Source: Octopus vulgaris (Eukaryota). From it: a DNA stretch of 64,000 nt. A program made the translations under genes and the position numbers. Numbering within the stretch: the stretch's first letter is position 1; every line of letters starts with the position of its first letter. Positions 1-13,698 of this stretch are shown in pieces. Location of the stretch: positions 56,358,001 through 56,422,000 of the forward strand of contig OX597825.1 of assembly GCA_951406725.2 (NCBI GenBank), in the 5' to 3' direction. The notes beneath the pieces were generated by a model. It was given only the letters and a program-made list of their open reading frames with translations, did not search any database and was not told where the DNA came from.

Positions 1-344
1 GCTGGAAGATAACAATTATGCCAGGGTTTAAACCTTTATACACAAACTATGTAAATCACTTCCAGACCGAAATTCTATTTAATGAGCATTCAATCCTCAC
101 AGCATATTACAATCTACACAATATATGTTCTGTTCATTCACTTCGCTATACTACGAAACAACCAGCTTCCCGCTTATTCTGCATTATCCCTTCTGCACGC
201 CTTCCATACAATAACACAACCTGTACCCCACACATTCTACGTTATTGCCGCTACACAAATAGAAAAATACACAAGTAGAACAACATATAATATACGCAAA
301 CTCATATCCCGACACTATAACTTCCACGACACATACTCTCTCTT

Positions 345-377
<33 letters not shown>

Positions 378-872
378 ACATATATATATACACACACGCA
401 CACACATATAAGGACTCCAAGGAAGAGTCAAGAACAGCATATCCGTGTATCGACAGTGTGTATGGACACGTACGTATTTACTAGAGTATGTACGGTTTGG
501 GCCTTTCAGTTACGCATACAGCCACATGTACAGACTAAATACACTCAACGTATACGTAAAATCACACAAGAGTATACTCCGGACTGAAGTCCACGGTTCC
601 CAGTGTCGTGGTGAGATAGTCAAAACGCATTTTCACCTTTTTGTGCCAAAACTCCTAAATATTAAATTTTGGATTTTAATTTTAATGCAGCAAAAGAATT
701 ACATGATGTAATCGGTTTGTTCATCAATAGAAAACACGTCTGCAACAGCTTTAGTGGACCCCAGTACATTTGTGTTATTATACACAGACAAACAGACAGA
801 CAGACAGACACAGACACGCATACACACACAAACACACACATATATACATACATACAAATATACATAAATGCA

Positions 873-928
<56 letters not shown>

Positions 929-980
929 TAAGTGTGTGTATTATATATATATAATGATTGTATATGTATATATATATATA

Positions 981-1606
981 TGATGAAAACGTTCAAGGAT
1001 CCTTACCTGACGTTTGTACAGAGTCCATGTCTCACATGAGTAGAGAAGCGATGTCAGTACACAAGCACGGTACACAGCAACTTTGTTCTCCTTGCGATGC
1101 CATGTTGGGACCAGATACGAGACTGAAGAGACCGGAAGGAATTAGTTGCTCTCTGCAACCTGAAAGATATTTCCTCATCCAAGGAGCAAGAACGGCTGAG
1201 TGTGATGCCCAGGTAAACAAACTTGTCTACTACCTTCAGAATTGTTCCTTCAACCAAGATAGCTGGTTCTATATATGGATATATATTTGATATGCAGGAC
1301 ACTGACTGGGAGAACAATGCCTGTCATCGCCACAGATGGAGGAAGCAGGTTAAGGAGGGGATCGACACTTTTGAGAGAGCACGTATCCAGCATGAAGAAC
1401 TTAAGCGAGCTGCGCGAAAGCGCACGGCTTGTATAGTGAATGAGGAAAGCTTGGTCTGCAATGTTTGCAGTCGTGTTTGCTTGTCAAGAGCAGGGCTCAT
1501 TAGCCACCAACGGAGCCGCAAATGCAAAATATAAGTTAGTCCTAGAGCGCACAATGTTTCTGAAGGTCGGCAATGGTCTTCCTCGGTCACGAGTGGACGG
1601 CCATCA
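981..1606 (+). mobile_element. RTE-clade LINE 3' fragment with inverted 5' part
   Basis: 981-1270 reads on - as post-RT sequence (VVDKFVYLGITLSRSCSLDEEISFRLQRATNSF..SRIWSQHGI..TKL). 1287-1534 reads on + as the RTE C-terminus with a zinc-finger-like motif (WENNA..RWRKQVKEG..CNVCSRVCLSRAGLISHQR). It ends in a (TA)n tract. Confidence 0.75.
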
Positions 1607-1656
1607 TATATATATACAGACATAGGTGTATATGCATATATATATGTATATACATA

Positions 1657-1731
<75 letters not shown>

Positions 1732-1735
<4 letters not shown>

Positions 1736-2959
1736 AGTTGGAAAGAAAGCCCTGTAACGTTTCAAAATGAAACAAAAAAATGCTTCTTTTTTCTTAATGC
1801 CCTTAATATATTTAATCAAGATAATATATTTCCCTTCGTTATTGATAATATAATCCCATCTTTTTGGTAAATTGTTGATCCCTCGGCCGTACAATTCTTC
1901 AGTTTTTGAAATAAAAAAAAAACCCTCAAGACAATTCTTAATCTTCTTACAATTAATATACCGCCTTGCTTGTAAATAACGTCGAATGATTTCAAAAGAT
2001 GAGAATCAGATGGAACAATGATTGGAAAGTAAGGAGGATGAGGCAAAACTACCATATTTAGTAACATAATCTTTCCGTAAATGATTTGAGCAATATGCCT
2101 TGCATTAACATATAAGTGAAAAACTTCTATACGATTGACAGATGATGGATGTATTTTCTGTAACATTTTGTGCAATGCTTCAAATTGACGACAATACACC
2201 GCATTAACTGTTTCGTTTTGTTTTAACACTTCACAGTAGACCTCACCCTTCATATTCCAGAAAGCTCAGAGTATAATTTCTTCGCGTGTAGTCCTGGTTT
2301 GAAAATGGATTCTTCTCTTTCGTTGGGTGCTAACCGTTATCGTTTTCATCCGATGTTGTTTGTAGAGAACTCACTTTTCATCACTCGCGATGTTTGTATC
2401 CAGGAAAGTAGAGAACAATTATTTAATTGAGCTGAGGATCAATCACATGGTCAACGACCGACTGACCAAGTCTGAATACGTTTCCACTTTTCCTAGTTTA
2501 TTGAAGATGCTTTATGATCGAAGTGTGACATGAACTACAAACTATTTCAAGTGACTATGGATTTTCCTCAACTACGCTTTTCAGAAGTCTGAGGGAACTT
2601 GGGCGAGTGAAACATTTCTCACGTGAAACTATGCAATCCAACGATAGCATGTCCTGAAACTTAAAGCTTCATTTCCATAGAGAGCGAATCTTCCTCGCCG
2701 TTTCCATTGCTAAAGAGTCACTACAGAATTCATAAAGCATACAGTGTCTGATATTAGTCTGATCTAAATGTATTTTAAAAGGGTAAAATTCATACGAATT
2801 TAACCATTATAGTATAAAGTAATCTGCAAAAAAGGTGGGGAATACTTCAGAAAAATACTTTAGAATGTAAAATACATATTTATTCTACCGTAAGTAATGA
2901 AACATTACTCTGAAAGTGATCATGTCAAAAATACGACAGGGCTTTTTTCCAATCTAATA
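1732..2959 (-). mobile_element. Mariner (Tc1/mariner) DNA transposon, full length but decayed
   Basis: Imperfect TIRs ATTAAGTTGGAAAGAAAGCCCTGT (1732) and ACAGGGCTTTTTTCCAATCTAATA (to 2959), about 1.23 kb apart. ORF remnant 1816-2253 has ETVNA..YC, VNARH and LPHPPYFPIIVPSDSHLL, matching the mariner HPPYSPDLAPSDYHLF motif. Confidence 0.88.
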
Positions 2960-3836
2960 AATATATGTATATATAATATATACATGCATACATATATATG
3001 TATTTAGATAGATAGATAGATATATAGATAGAGACGTATATATAATTTTGTATCTACATACATATATATATGTGTGTATATATGTGTGTATATTATATAT
3101 ATATATATATATATATGTACATATATATGCATATATATACATATATATGCGCACAGACACATACACATATACACACGAATATACCCACACGTACATTACA
3201 AGGTGGACAGTTAAGACAACGGGAGGTCATTTGAACATTTTCCCATTTAAACCAGAAAGAATGTTTACTTTGTGTCGTCCATCATTATAGTTTTATTTCT
3301 TGTTTGTCGTACAAAATTAGAAAACTAAATAGTCTGTAGTAATTCCAAATATAGGAGAAAATCAAAAGTGTTTTTATATGTTCATATTTTCAGGAGTTTT
3401 GAGGGTTTTTTTTTTGCTGTTGATTCTTCGTTGATTTGTCGTTATACTGTTTGGTTATTGTTTTGTTGTTGTTGTTGTTGTTGTTTTTGCTTTGTTTCTG
3501 ACTTTTTTATTGTTGTTGTTTTTTTTTTATATTTGTATTCATTGTTCGCAAAGTTATTGCTTTTGTTAACTTGGCAGCGTTCCTCGGCTGGCTTTTGTGT
3601 AATTCAATATTTCTATTTATCATTCATCCATATATATATGTGTGTGTGTGTGTGTGTATGCGTGTGTGTGTGTGTGTGTGTGTGCGTGCGGGTGTGTGCA
3701 TGTGTGTGTGCGTGTATGTGTGTGCGCGGGCGCGTGTGTTCATGTGGATGTTTATGTATGCGTGTGTATCTCTATGTAATATCATTCATAATCGCGTGCG
3801 TGTATGTATTTAACCATACATACATATGTGTGTATA

Positions 3837-3880
<44 letters not shown>

Positions 3881-4105
3881 CATATATACATAGATATACA
3901 TATATACGATTGTATGCACATATGTAAATCTATATGCATGCATATCTATATATTTATGTATATGTATGTGTGTATATATATATATATATGTATATACATA
4001 AATACGTATATGTATATATATGTATATATATATATATATATAAATATGTATATACATATATATATATATATGTATATACATACATATATATATGCATATG
4101 TATAT

Positions 4106-4139
<34 letters not shown>

Positions 4140-4235
4140 TATGTATGTACAAGTGATTATAGTTCATATATAGAGAGATAAAGGAGAAGAGAATGTGTCT
4201 GAGAGAAAGGAGAGAGAAAGAGAAATATGCTTGTG

Positions 4236-4331
<96 letters not shown>
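4236..4331. repeat. (GATA)n microsatellite
   Basis: Perfect tetranucleotide run. Confidence 0.95.
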
Positions 4332-4332
<1 letters not shown>

Positions 4333-4920
4333 CAGAATCAGAAATGAGCAGACAAGAATGTTATGTGTTGCAGAAATAGAATTATAAAAGTTGATTCTTA
4401 TCAACTGGCAACGGTTGTGATTGTTATCTATTGTGTCTTATATTGTAATAGTAGAAACCAATGACCAGACTGAAACCACGACCTACCATCATTAACTGGA
4501 GACGTTCGGAAGGTGACAACCACACTCACTCACGCTCACACGCATAAAGCCACATACCCATATGTGTGTGTGTGCGTCTGTATATACATACATACACATG
4601 TATACACATATACGTGTGTGTGTATATATATATATTTATACACACATACACACATGCGCACGGACATACAGAGGAATTCTGTACTGTGAAAAGAAGTCTC
4701 TGCAAGCATAAAGACGATTATCATTATGTGTATAAAAAAATTATGAGTAGTTTAGTGGGGTTTTTTTTAACGATAGTGACTTCGCAGTTTTGTCAGACAC
4801 AATCTCAGCTCTTCTACCAACCTATATATGAAATATGTTCACTCATATTCATACATACTCGAGAGGCCACAGATACACCAATACATGTGTACATGTACTT
4901 ATCTTAGAAGTTATCTCCTC

Positions 4921-4995
<75 letters not shown>

Positions 4996-5040
4996 GCCTT
5001 TGCACGGCTTCTATACCGTGTATTATTACTATCATTATTA

Positions 5041-5107
<67 letters not shown>

Positions 5108-5123
5108 CATTATTATTATTATT

Positions 5124-6635
5124 GCCTTTGCACAGCTTCTAACGCTGGAGATGTACTACAGTGTCAGCTGTTCACTCCCAGTGAACTTAGGTAACACCTC
5201 TTATTTTTCGAGCACCTTCCGGAGTATTAAAGCGGTTCCAAGCAGTGCTGTATTCTGCAAGTGCTCCACCCTTATTGCAACCCCTATTTGTCCATGTACT
5301 ACTCAAGATTTTTGCTCACAGTTCCCAGGGCTCCGACAATTATTGGTACTACTGCTACCTTTTTCATCGACCACAACTGCTTAACTTCCCAAGCTAACTT
5401 GTCATATATCTTGACTTTTCTTTCTTCCTTATCGCATACCTTGTTTTCAGCTGGACATGCTATGTCTATGATACAGCATAGTTTGTTTCCTTTCTCAATT
5501 AAGACTATGTCCGGCTTCCTATTCTTAATCTAATGGTCGCACTGAATCATAAAATCCCATAGGGGCTTTGCATTTCTATTTTCAACGGTGCCTTCAGGTT
5601 TGTGGTCGGACCAATCTTTTGCTCTGTCAAGTCCATACTTGTTGCGAAGTGTCCAATGGACAACCCTGGCTATATTGTCGTGGTGTCTCTTATATTTCTT
5701 CTGGGCTAGTGGCGTACATTGACTGGTAATATGCCATACGGTTTCACCATATGTGATATTTAGTGTAAAGATAAAGCCCAAGTTAGTTCCCTTCAAACTT
5801 TATGGTAAAGATGAAGCGCAAGTCAGTTTCCTCGTTGGTATGGTGTATACCTTCAGTGCTGATATCAGAATGGAGTTCAGACTGAGAAAGTGTGGTGTGT
5901 TAGTATTCAAGAGAGGTAAAATCAAATGTATGGACGGACTAACGATACCGTCGAGAGAGGTATTATGAAGCAGATAGAAGAGACGGGCTGTAAGTATTTC
6001 AGGATTTTGGAAATGGATAAATTAATGGAGAAAGAAATGAAAGATAAATTTAAGCAGACTGAGACTGATCCTGAACTCGGAATTAAACGGAAGGAATAAG
6101 ATCGAAGCTATCAACACCTGGGCGGTTTCACTCCTTGGATATGGAGCAGGGTAATCACATGGACAGTAGACGAACTTAGCAGCTTAGACAGAAAGACAAG
6201 GAAGTTGCTAATTGGATATGGGTTACTCCACCCAAAAAGTGACACAGACAGACTGTATATACCAAGAAAAAGAGGGGGAAGAGGACTTATTGAGTGCGAA
6301 CACAGCATTAGAGCAGAAGAAAACAACAACATGGTATGTAAAAACAGCCACAGAACCGCTATTATTAGAAGTAAGAAAATTAGGATTGTGTAGGATGAAA
6401 GATTGCAAAGATAAAGCACTATACAAGAAATTGAAAACGAATAAAACGGAAAATAGATGGGTAAAGAAAAGAATGCATGGACGAATTCATAGGGATGTTG
6501 AAGATAAAACAGACAGTAAAAAGATGGCTGTGGATAACTAAAGTTGATTTAAAACCAGAAACGAAGTCCCTAATCTGTGCAGCCCAAGAGCAAGCACTAA
6601 GAACAAACTACATAAAATACAGAACAGACAACACA
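5124..6635 (-). mobile_element. Old R4/Dong-clade (RLE) retrotransposon, 5'-truncated with inversion
   Basis: 5124-5750 on - encodes GETVWHITSQC..HDNIARVVHW..LWDF..VPIIVGALG..LLGTALILRKVLEK* plus 3'UTR. 5792-6635 on + encodes KLYGK..IRMEF..KC..RLYIPRKRGGRGL..LKPETKSLICAAQEQAL. It is flanked by (ATT)n on both sides and has many frameshifts. Confidence 0.85.
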
Positions 6636-6652
6636 TTATTATTATCATCATC

Positions 6653-6731
<79 letters not shown>

Positions 6732-6733
<2 letters not shown>

Positions 6734-7084
6734 GGTATTGGCATCCTTTCTGTCTCGGGAGACAATTGAGTTGCGCATGAAGTAGTCTAGTTCGGCTTTT
6801 ATATTTCATGTCCTGATACATTTCCTGCTGTGGCTGTGTAGTCCTATCCTGGACAAACACTCCCTCTGGCAGGTACCGCAAATTTAGCGAAGACTGTTCC
6901 TGGCTGGTTGTAGTGCCATAGTCTCTTGTTTACGTCTCTTCCTTTCTTTCCATTTCTCCTCTCTCTCTCTGTCACTCCTTTGTATTCCCTCTTTTACGGT
7001 ACATCGCCATTCTCCACGGTTACCGGCAACTGCCTCCCAACCGCTAATATTGATGTTGCAGGCCTTCATGTCCCTTTTGCAAAT
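6732..7084 (-). mobile_element. RTE-clade LINE 3' fragment
   Basis: KRDMKACNINISGWEAVAGNRGEWRCTVKEG followed by a frameshifted C..C..RIGLHSH zinc-finger remnant. The tail runs into (TAA)n. Confidence 0.7.
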
Positions 7085-7215
7085 CGACCTGTTCGCTGGC
7101 CATTTTATTTTTTATTCTGCCACACAATGATCGAGACACAAACCTAAGAACATTTTCTCCTTCTTCTCCCTCTCTACTCCACTCCTAATATCTTAAATTA
7201 TTATTATTATTATTC

Positions 7216-10200
7216 TATGTTTGACTTTTGCTTTATATTTGTACAAGTTGGCTCCAAGTCTCACCCAGAGACCTCAAGAGACAACAGGGTTGGAAGTTCA
7301 TGTTGTTGTTATGCCTAGTGTGCCATATATTTGGGGGGTGGGGATGTTGTACTAATGAATGTCTAAAAAGAAAAAAAAAAGTTTTTTTTTTTTTTTTTTT
7401 TTTTTAAACCGAAAATTATGTTTGTTTTAAACCTTGAGATTACATAGAGAGTATTTTGCGTAGGATATGAGCAGTTCCCATGAGCACTATCTTTTGAACT
7501 TCTGCCATTTTTGGGTTTCCTGGTATCTGAGTTAGGTAGCTATCAGCCCCTTTTGCTATCATTCCCAGGGCACCTATGACAACAGGTATTGTTTTAGTCT
7601 TCAGCTTCCACATTTTGCTGATTTCTATTTCAAGATCTTTATATTTGCTCAGTTTTTGGTAGGTCTTGACAGATACGTTTATATCGATTGGGACAGTCAT
7701 ATCAATGAGGAGGCATGTTCTTTGTTTGAAGTTTTTCAATATGATGTCTGGCCTATTTGCATCTATCTTCCTGTCAGTTTGAATGGTGAAGTTCCAGAGG
7801 AGTGAGATGTGGTCATTTTCAAGCACTGGGGGTGGTTTGTGTTCCCACCAGTTTTTTTCATGGGGCAAATCCAGGTTTTTACAGATTACCCAGTGAATAT
7901 ATTGTGCAGCTCTATCGTGCCTGTTGAGATACTCTGTAGGCGCTAGAAGACTGCACTTGGAGACCACATGGTCAATGGTTTCATTTTGTTGCTTGCATAC
8001 ACGACACGTTGGACTGCTTCTGATCTTTAATATGTTGGCCTGGTAGTTTCTTGTTGGTAGGCATTGATCTTGAGCTGCTATGATAAACCCCTCTGTTTCA
8101 GATTTTAAGCCAGAGGCCATTAGCCATTGATGGGTCAGGGCTTTGTCGATATCTGCATTATTCGCTCTCTTTGGGTATTTGCCATAGAGAGGTTTTTCTT
8201 GCCATTTATTATTCAGAATATCTAAGGCCGCAGTTTTGGCACGGGTTTTCATGCGCCTAGCTTTTTCTGTGCTTGTTTCTTGTATATCTATCTCCGAAAT
8301 TGGTTGTATTCGGAATTCACTTAGATATTCCTTTGCCTGTTTTGTGACTGAGTATGATGCTTTCTTGTTTTCATGTTTTGAGACAAGTTTTAGCATCCAG
8401 TCCTCAGAGTTTTTCAGGTAGGTGTCTAGGCCAATTGTAGTAATCTTCATTGTTATTGCCAGTTGCAAAAGACCACGGCCTCCCTCTTTTCTTGGCAGAT
8501 AGAGTCGTTCTGTATCTGCCTTAGGGTGGTGCATTCTATGCATTGTCAACAGTTTCCTTATTTTTCTGTCGAGCTGACATATTTCAGTAATTGACCAGTT
8601 AACAATATTGAAACTGTAAGTCACGACTGGTATAGCTAATGCATTGATTGCTTCGATCCTGTTTCTTGCATTCAGCTCTGTCTTGAGTATTGCTCTCACT
8701 CTTCGATAGCATTCTCTCCTGATCCTTTCCTTCATCTCTGAATGCCTTATTCCGTTCCCTTCAATTATCCCTAGGTACTTGTAGCTCTCCGCTGGGTCTA
8801 GTTCTTTTATGACATTCTGTTGGTCAAGGTTAACGTTAGATGTTTCTGTCATTTTTCCTTTGATAAAGGTAGCCTTTGCACATTTATCGAGGCCGAATTG
8901 CATTCTGATGTCGTCACTGAATTGTTTGACTATCGCTAGTAAGCCCTTGAGTTGTTGATCATTTTTTGCAAAAAGCTTTAAATCATCCATGTAAACGAGA
9001 TGATTTATATTTTTATCAAACATTTTATACCCGTACTGCGCGTCATTGAGCAGCTTTGAGAGAGGTATTAAGGATAAACAAAAGAGGAGTGGTGACAGTG
9101 AGTCACCCTGGAAAATGCCACACGAAATTTTTACATCACCAGCATTTAGGAATTCACTGTCACTGTTCAGAGTTAGTGTGGTTCTCCATGATCTCATACT
9201 TACAGTCAAGAAGTTTCGCAGAGTTGGTGCTATCTTATACATTTCAAGGCATTTCCTAATCCAGCTATGTGGTAGGCTATCAAAAGCCTTTTTATAGTCT
9301 ATCCAGGCTATTGATAAGTTTTTGTGTCGTTTGTGACAATCTTCTAAGATCATCTTATTGATGAGTAGTTGGTCTTTACAGCCGTAGGATCCACGTTTAC
9401 ATCCTTTCTGTTCATTAGGGAATATGCTGCTGTCTGTTAAAAAACTATAGGTATATTCCGTCAGGACAGATGTTAGTGTTTTGTACATAGTTGTTAAGCA
9501 AGTTATGGGTCTATAGTTTTTTGGTTCATTTGTTTCTTCACTTTTTGGAAGCAGGAATGTTAACCCATTAACTAGCCAAGGAGGCATCCTACTAGGGTGT
9601 TGCAAAACATCATTGTACAGTTCTGTTAGCAGTTCATGGCTCTCTGGGAAGGCATTTAGCCAGAAGTTAGGAATTTTATCCTTTCCTGGAGACTTCCATT
9701 TGCTTGACCTCCTGAGAGCAGATCTTATATCTTCTACCTTGACACCCTCCCACTTTTGCTCTTCTAAGGGGTCCAGTTCTGTAGATATTCTGTCAATCCA
9801 GGGGGCCTTTTCGTTGTGTGTTTTTTCTTCTGCCCAGATTTTATTCCAAAATCTCTGCACTTCTTCTTTTGATGGTACAGACCCTGCAGTAAACGCTGTT
9901 TTTCCTATCTTCCTGTAAAAATTCTTGGTGTTATTTTTGAACATGTTGTTGTCCTTGAAAAATCTAGCACGCTTTTCATACCTCGCTATGCGGGCAGCTT
10001 TGGCAGATACCTTTTGTTTGATGGTTTCTATGGTGGCATCAATATCAAGTATAGTTTTCATATTGTATTTTTTCAGTAATTTTTGGGTTTTTGTAGGTTT
10101 GGTAATCTTGTGAGCCTTAAGGTTTTTCAAATATTCAATGTCAGATCTAAATATTTTAATTTGTTGTTGCAGACGCTCTTGCCAAGAAGGCTTTTTGTGG

Positions 10201-11249
10201 GACTGTTGCCGTTTTCTAATCTTTACACCACATAGGATCGTTGAGATTTTCGCGGATGCATAGTATAGGTGGTTGAGGTTTGTGATATCAACATCATTAA
10301 CTGAAATTATATCCTTAAGTGCAAGCCGGATTTTACCAATTATTTTCATGTTTTGGTTAGAGTTGCGGATTTTAGGAAGTGTATCACGCTCATCCATGCT
10401 GGTTTCTTTAATTTTCAGCCATTCAATCATGATTTGATTTTTTAGCTCATGTAGTTCTGTTGGGTCAATATTTGTGTGACTTTCTTTATCTATTTGATGC
10501 TCATCTGTCTTAGTGTTTATGATTGGTTCAGGGCGTATTTCACTTTGCCTATCACTTATACTAACTCTTTCAATCCTCTCTTCGTTTTTATCCGCCCTGG
10601 GCTGGTCTATAATCATTTCCTCTGTGTTATCTTCTCTAGCTGCAGCTTCGTTCATTTTATCCGATATTGCTTGTCTAACCTGGTCAATCTCTACTTCAGT
10701 CAGTAATTTCTTTTTTATAATGTTTCTTCTAACATTGGCAAGCTTGTTACTGTCTATGTAGGGTCTTACTTCAGGGTGTTTCTGTCTCCAGTTTAAGTAT
10801 GCTTGTACAGTGCTAGACTTATCTGTGGGGAAATATATGGCATGGTAGAAGGCCTCAAGAACTTCTTTATTATCTTCCCTAGACCATTTTTCCTTCTTTT
10901 TCTTTTGATTATTTGGTGATGAGCATGGATGGCCATCTGTTGGAATATTCCGGTTGTGGGGTTCGTCCAGCTCCTGTGTGTTGGGAAGATTTGATCCAGT
11001 AACTGATTTTTCAATCAGGATTTGGTTCAATTTTCGGGTACGTGGTCTTTTGTAATCCGCGCAATGACCAATGCGGTTTATTGTTTGATTTGTTGACCTT
11101 GAAGCATGACGAGCATCCATTCTTATATTAGGAGATGGATCTGTCAGTTTAGGGTTCACTACGTGTAAGCATTGCTCATAGCGCCGCTTCTTAAGACTAG
11201 CAGATCTATATTCGTCTGTATTTTTTTTGTTGATAGTTTTATCTCCGGA

Positions 11250-11252
<3 letters not shown>
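7216..11252 (-). mobile_element. R4/Dong-clade non-LTR retrotransposon, young, ORF intact
   Basis: Single long ORF, about 225-bp 3'UTR ending in (TAA)n at 7197-7215, and a near-identical second copy at 34842-38556. Confidence 0.95.
7440..11252 (-). CDS. Retrotransposon polyprotein, 1270 aa: N-terminal putative DNA-binding region, reverse transcriptase, CCHC zinc knuckle, PD-(D/E)xK restriction-like endonuclease
   Basis: Motifs KSPGKD, NYRPITCL, WIDYKKAFDS, GIFQGDSLSPLLF, YMDDLKL, YKYLG, LPRKEGGRGL, CRVC..ETIDHVVSKC, RHD, NRPDII..LIDMTVP..KLSKYKDL. The first ATG is at 11252; the track's 19-aa extension is a poly(A) translation. Confidence 0.93.
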
Positions 11253-11284
<32 letters not shown>

Positions 11285-12010
11285 CCTTTCCTCCTCTTCC
11301 TTTCTTCAAGGCTTACTGTGTCTGTATTAGTTCGAAATAATGAGAATAAAATACGGAGAAGGAAACGAAAAGAAAGGGAAAAAGACGGGATCTGTCAGTT
11401 ATTATTGTTATTACTATCATCTTCACCACCATCACCATCATCAGCAACATCACCATCACCATCATCATCTTCAATGACATTGTTTTATGTGTAGCCACAG
11501 CCACCATCAACACTCCATTGTGTTGGAGAATGTGTGGTTAAAGAATTCATGTTCTTTGGGTCTATAAATAGCCACGGTAGATGGAGACAAAGGACGTTAA
11601 TGGTCAGTAAAAGGTCAAACCTGTTTACGTTTATTTATTTATTTTTTTCCTTTCTCTTTTCTTCTTCACCACATGCATATGTATATGTATGTATATTCAC
11701 TCACACATATTATCTGATGTTTTCGTCGTCGAAGATTTTTTTTTTTTTTTTAAATAACTTTCTGAGTTCAATGTTATGTATATATTTTTAAATTTCTGAA
11801 TTCAGTTGTATGTATATAGTAGTAGGTGCTTAATTCCATAACTTTTTATCGTGCATTTAATTGTGTTGTTACAATAAAAGGTAATTTAAAAGGCAATTTT
11901 ACACATTCTTATAGTCATGAGAGACGACTAAATGTAAATGTTCACACAGAATTGGAGATATTTATGTTTCTAATTTTTCTTGTTAGGTGTACGTTTGTAT
12001 GAGCTGTAGA

Positions 12011-12011
<1 letters not shown>

Positions 12012-12104
<93 letters not shown>

Positions 12105-12112
12105 ATTATTAT
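12012..12112. repeat. (ATT)n microsatellite
   Basis: Trinucleotide run. Confidence 0.9.
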
Positions 12113-12316
12113 TAATGCGGTGATCTGACAGAATCGTTAGCATGCTGGATGATATGCTTAGCGTATTTCGCCCGTCGCTACGTTCTGAGCTCAAATTTCG
12201 CCGAGGTCGACTTTGCTTTCATCATTTCGGGGACGATTAAATAAGTAACATTTGAACACTGGGGCCGATGTAATCAACTCATCCCCAAGCTGCCCCTGTG
12301 ACAAAAAATTTGGAGT
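12113..12316 (+). mobile_element. tRNA-derived SINE with Nin/Deu-like central domain (family A)
   Basis: Head with A-box-like ..CAGAATCGTTAG and B-box-like GAG(C/T)TCAAAT, then the core GAGGTCGACTTTGC(C)TTTCATC..TTCGGGG..ATAAGTA. This recurs more than 10 times in the window. Confidence 0.8.
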
Positions 12317-12321
12317 TATTA

Positions 12322-12370
<49 letters not shown>

Positions 12371-12761
12371 GATCATCATCATCATCATTATCATTTATGG
12401 TTTCCTTTCATTATAACTTTATTTCAGCTGCTTTAGTACCAGGTATCTTCCCGAAACCCAAAATAGCAAGAGCACGTTTGTTTTCCTATGCATGCTAAAA
12501 CTATCACCACATTTATTCCATTTTAGATGGAAAGTGCTTTCCGTAGTATCTGGGATGTACCTATCAAGGTTATCTTTAGTAGTTCACGGAGATTGTAGTT
12601 ACTATTATTATTGGAGTCGTTATCATCATTATTATTGTTGTTGTTGTGTTGTTTTTGCTATCATCATCATCATAATCGTCGTCATAATTGTCAATATTAT
12701 TATTATTATTATTATTAATATTATTATTATTATTATTATCATCATTATTATTAATATTCTT

Positions 12762-13378
12762 TATCACAGATTCTGTTGGAACTCTTGGAGTCTAGTATGC
12801 GTAGTGAGCTTGCTACCAGCAGCCTACAGTATCATGCTACCCGTTCTTTTCAGTTCTCTAATGCTTTCCTGATTATTCTGGCAGTGCCAGGGAGGCAAAT
12901 CTTTTGTAACAGTTTTACTGGGTACTCTATTCCAATTTCCTTTATATTCCTCTTGACGCTTTCTCATACTGTCCCTAAGGAACCAACAATAATGGGCACT
13001 ATTTTCACCTTCTTCATTTACCATAAGCGGGCTAGTTCGTACTTAAGAGGGTTGTATTTATCTATCTGTCCACCTTCGTTCTTAACTATTGTGGGTCAAA
13101 GGGGCATGCAACATCATTAAATAGCATATATGACGCACCTTGTCCACTACCACTAAGTCTGGTCCGTTATGCCCTAGCACCTGATCTGTTTGGATTGGAA
13201 AATCCCAGAGGATTTTTCTAGTCTCCGACTCCGCCACTCTCTGCGGTTTTTACTCATACCACGTCTTGCCACTCCCTAGCCCCCACGTTTCGCACAGTTT
13301 CCAATGTAGCACTTTCACTACCTAGTCGTGTCGCTACAACATGTAGTGGTTTGGGAAAGTGTAGGGCATTCGTTCGTG
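12762..13378 (-). mobile_element. R4/Dong-clade 3' fragment (third family)
   Basis: The minus strand gives HDxVVKVLHW..ILWDF..RPDLVVVDK..YNPLKYELARLW..VPIIVGSLG..LPGTARIIRKALEN*, between ATT-rich tracts. Confidence 0.8.
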
Positions 13379-13379
13379 A

Positions 13380-13698
<319 letters not shown>

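Noticed and set aside
8236-11014. Antisense and alternate-frame ORFs within the Dong-like element, also present in copy 2
   Set aside because: Their recurrence only reflects the near identity of the two copies.
11253-11309. N-terminal MKKGRGGKEKKKK extension of the 1289-aa ORF, resembling an NLS
   Set aside because: It starts at TTG and is the translation of a poly(A) tract; the first ATG is at 11252.
11530-11630. Promoter-like cluster (CTATAAATAG, TGGTCA-N5-AGGTCA, TGTTTAC)
   Set aside because: Short motifs like these are expected by chance, and no downstream gene is identifiable.
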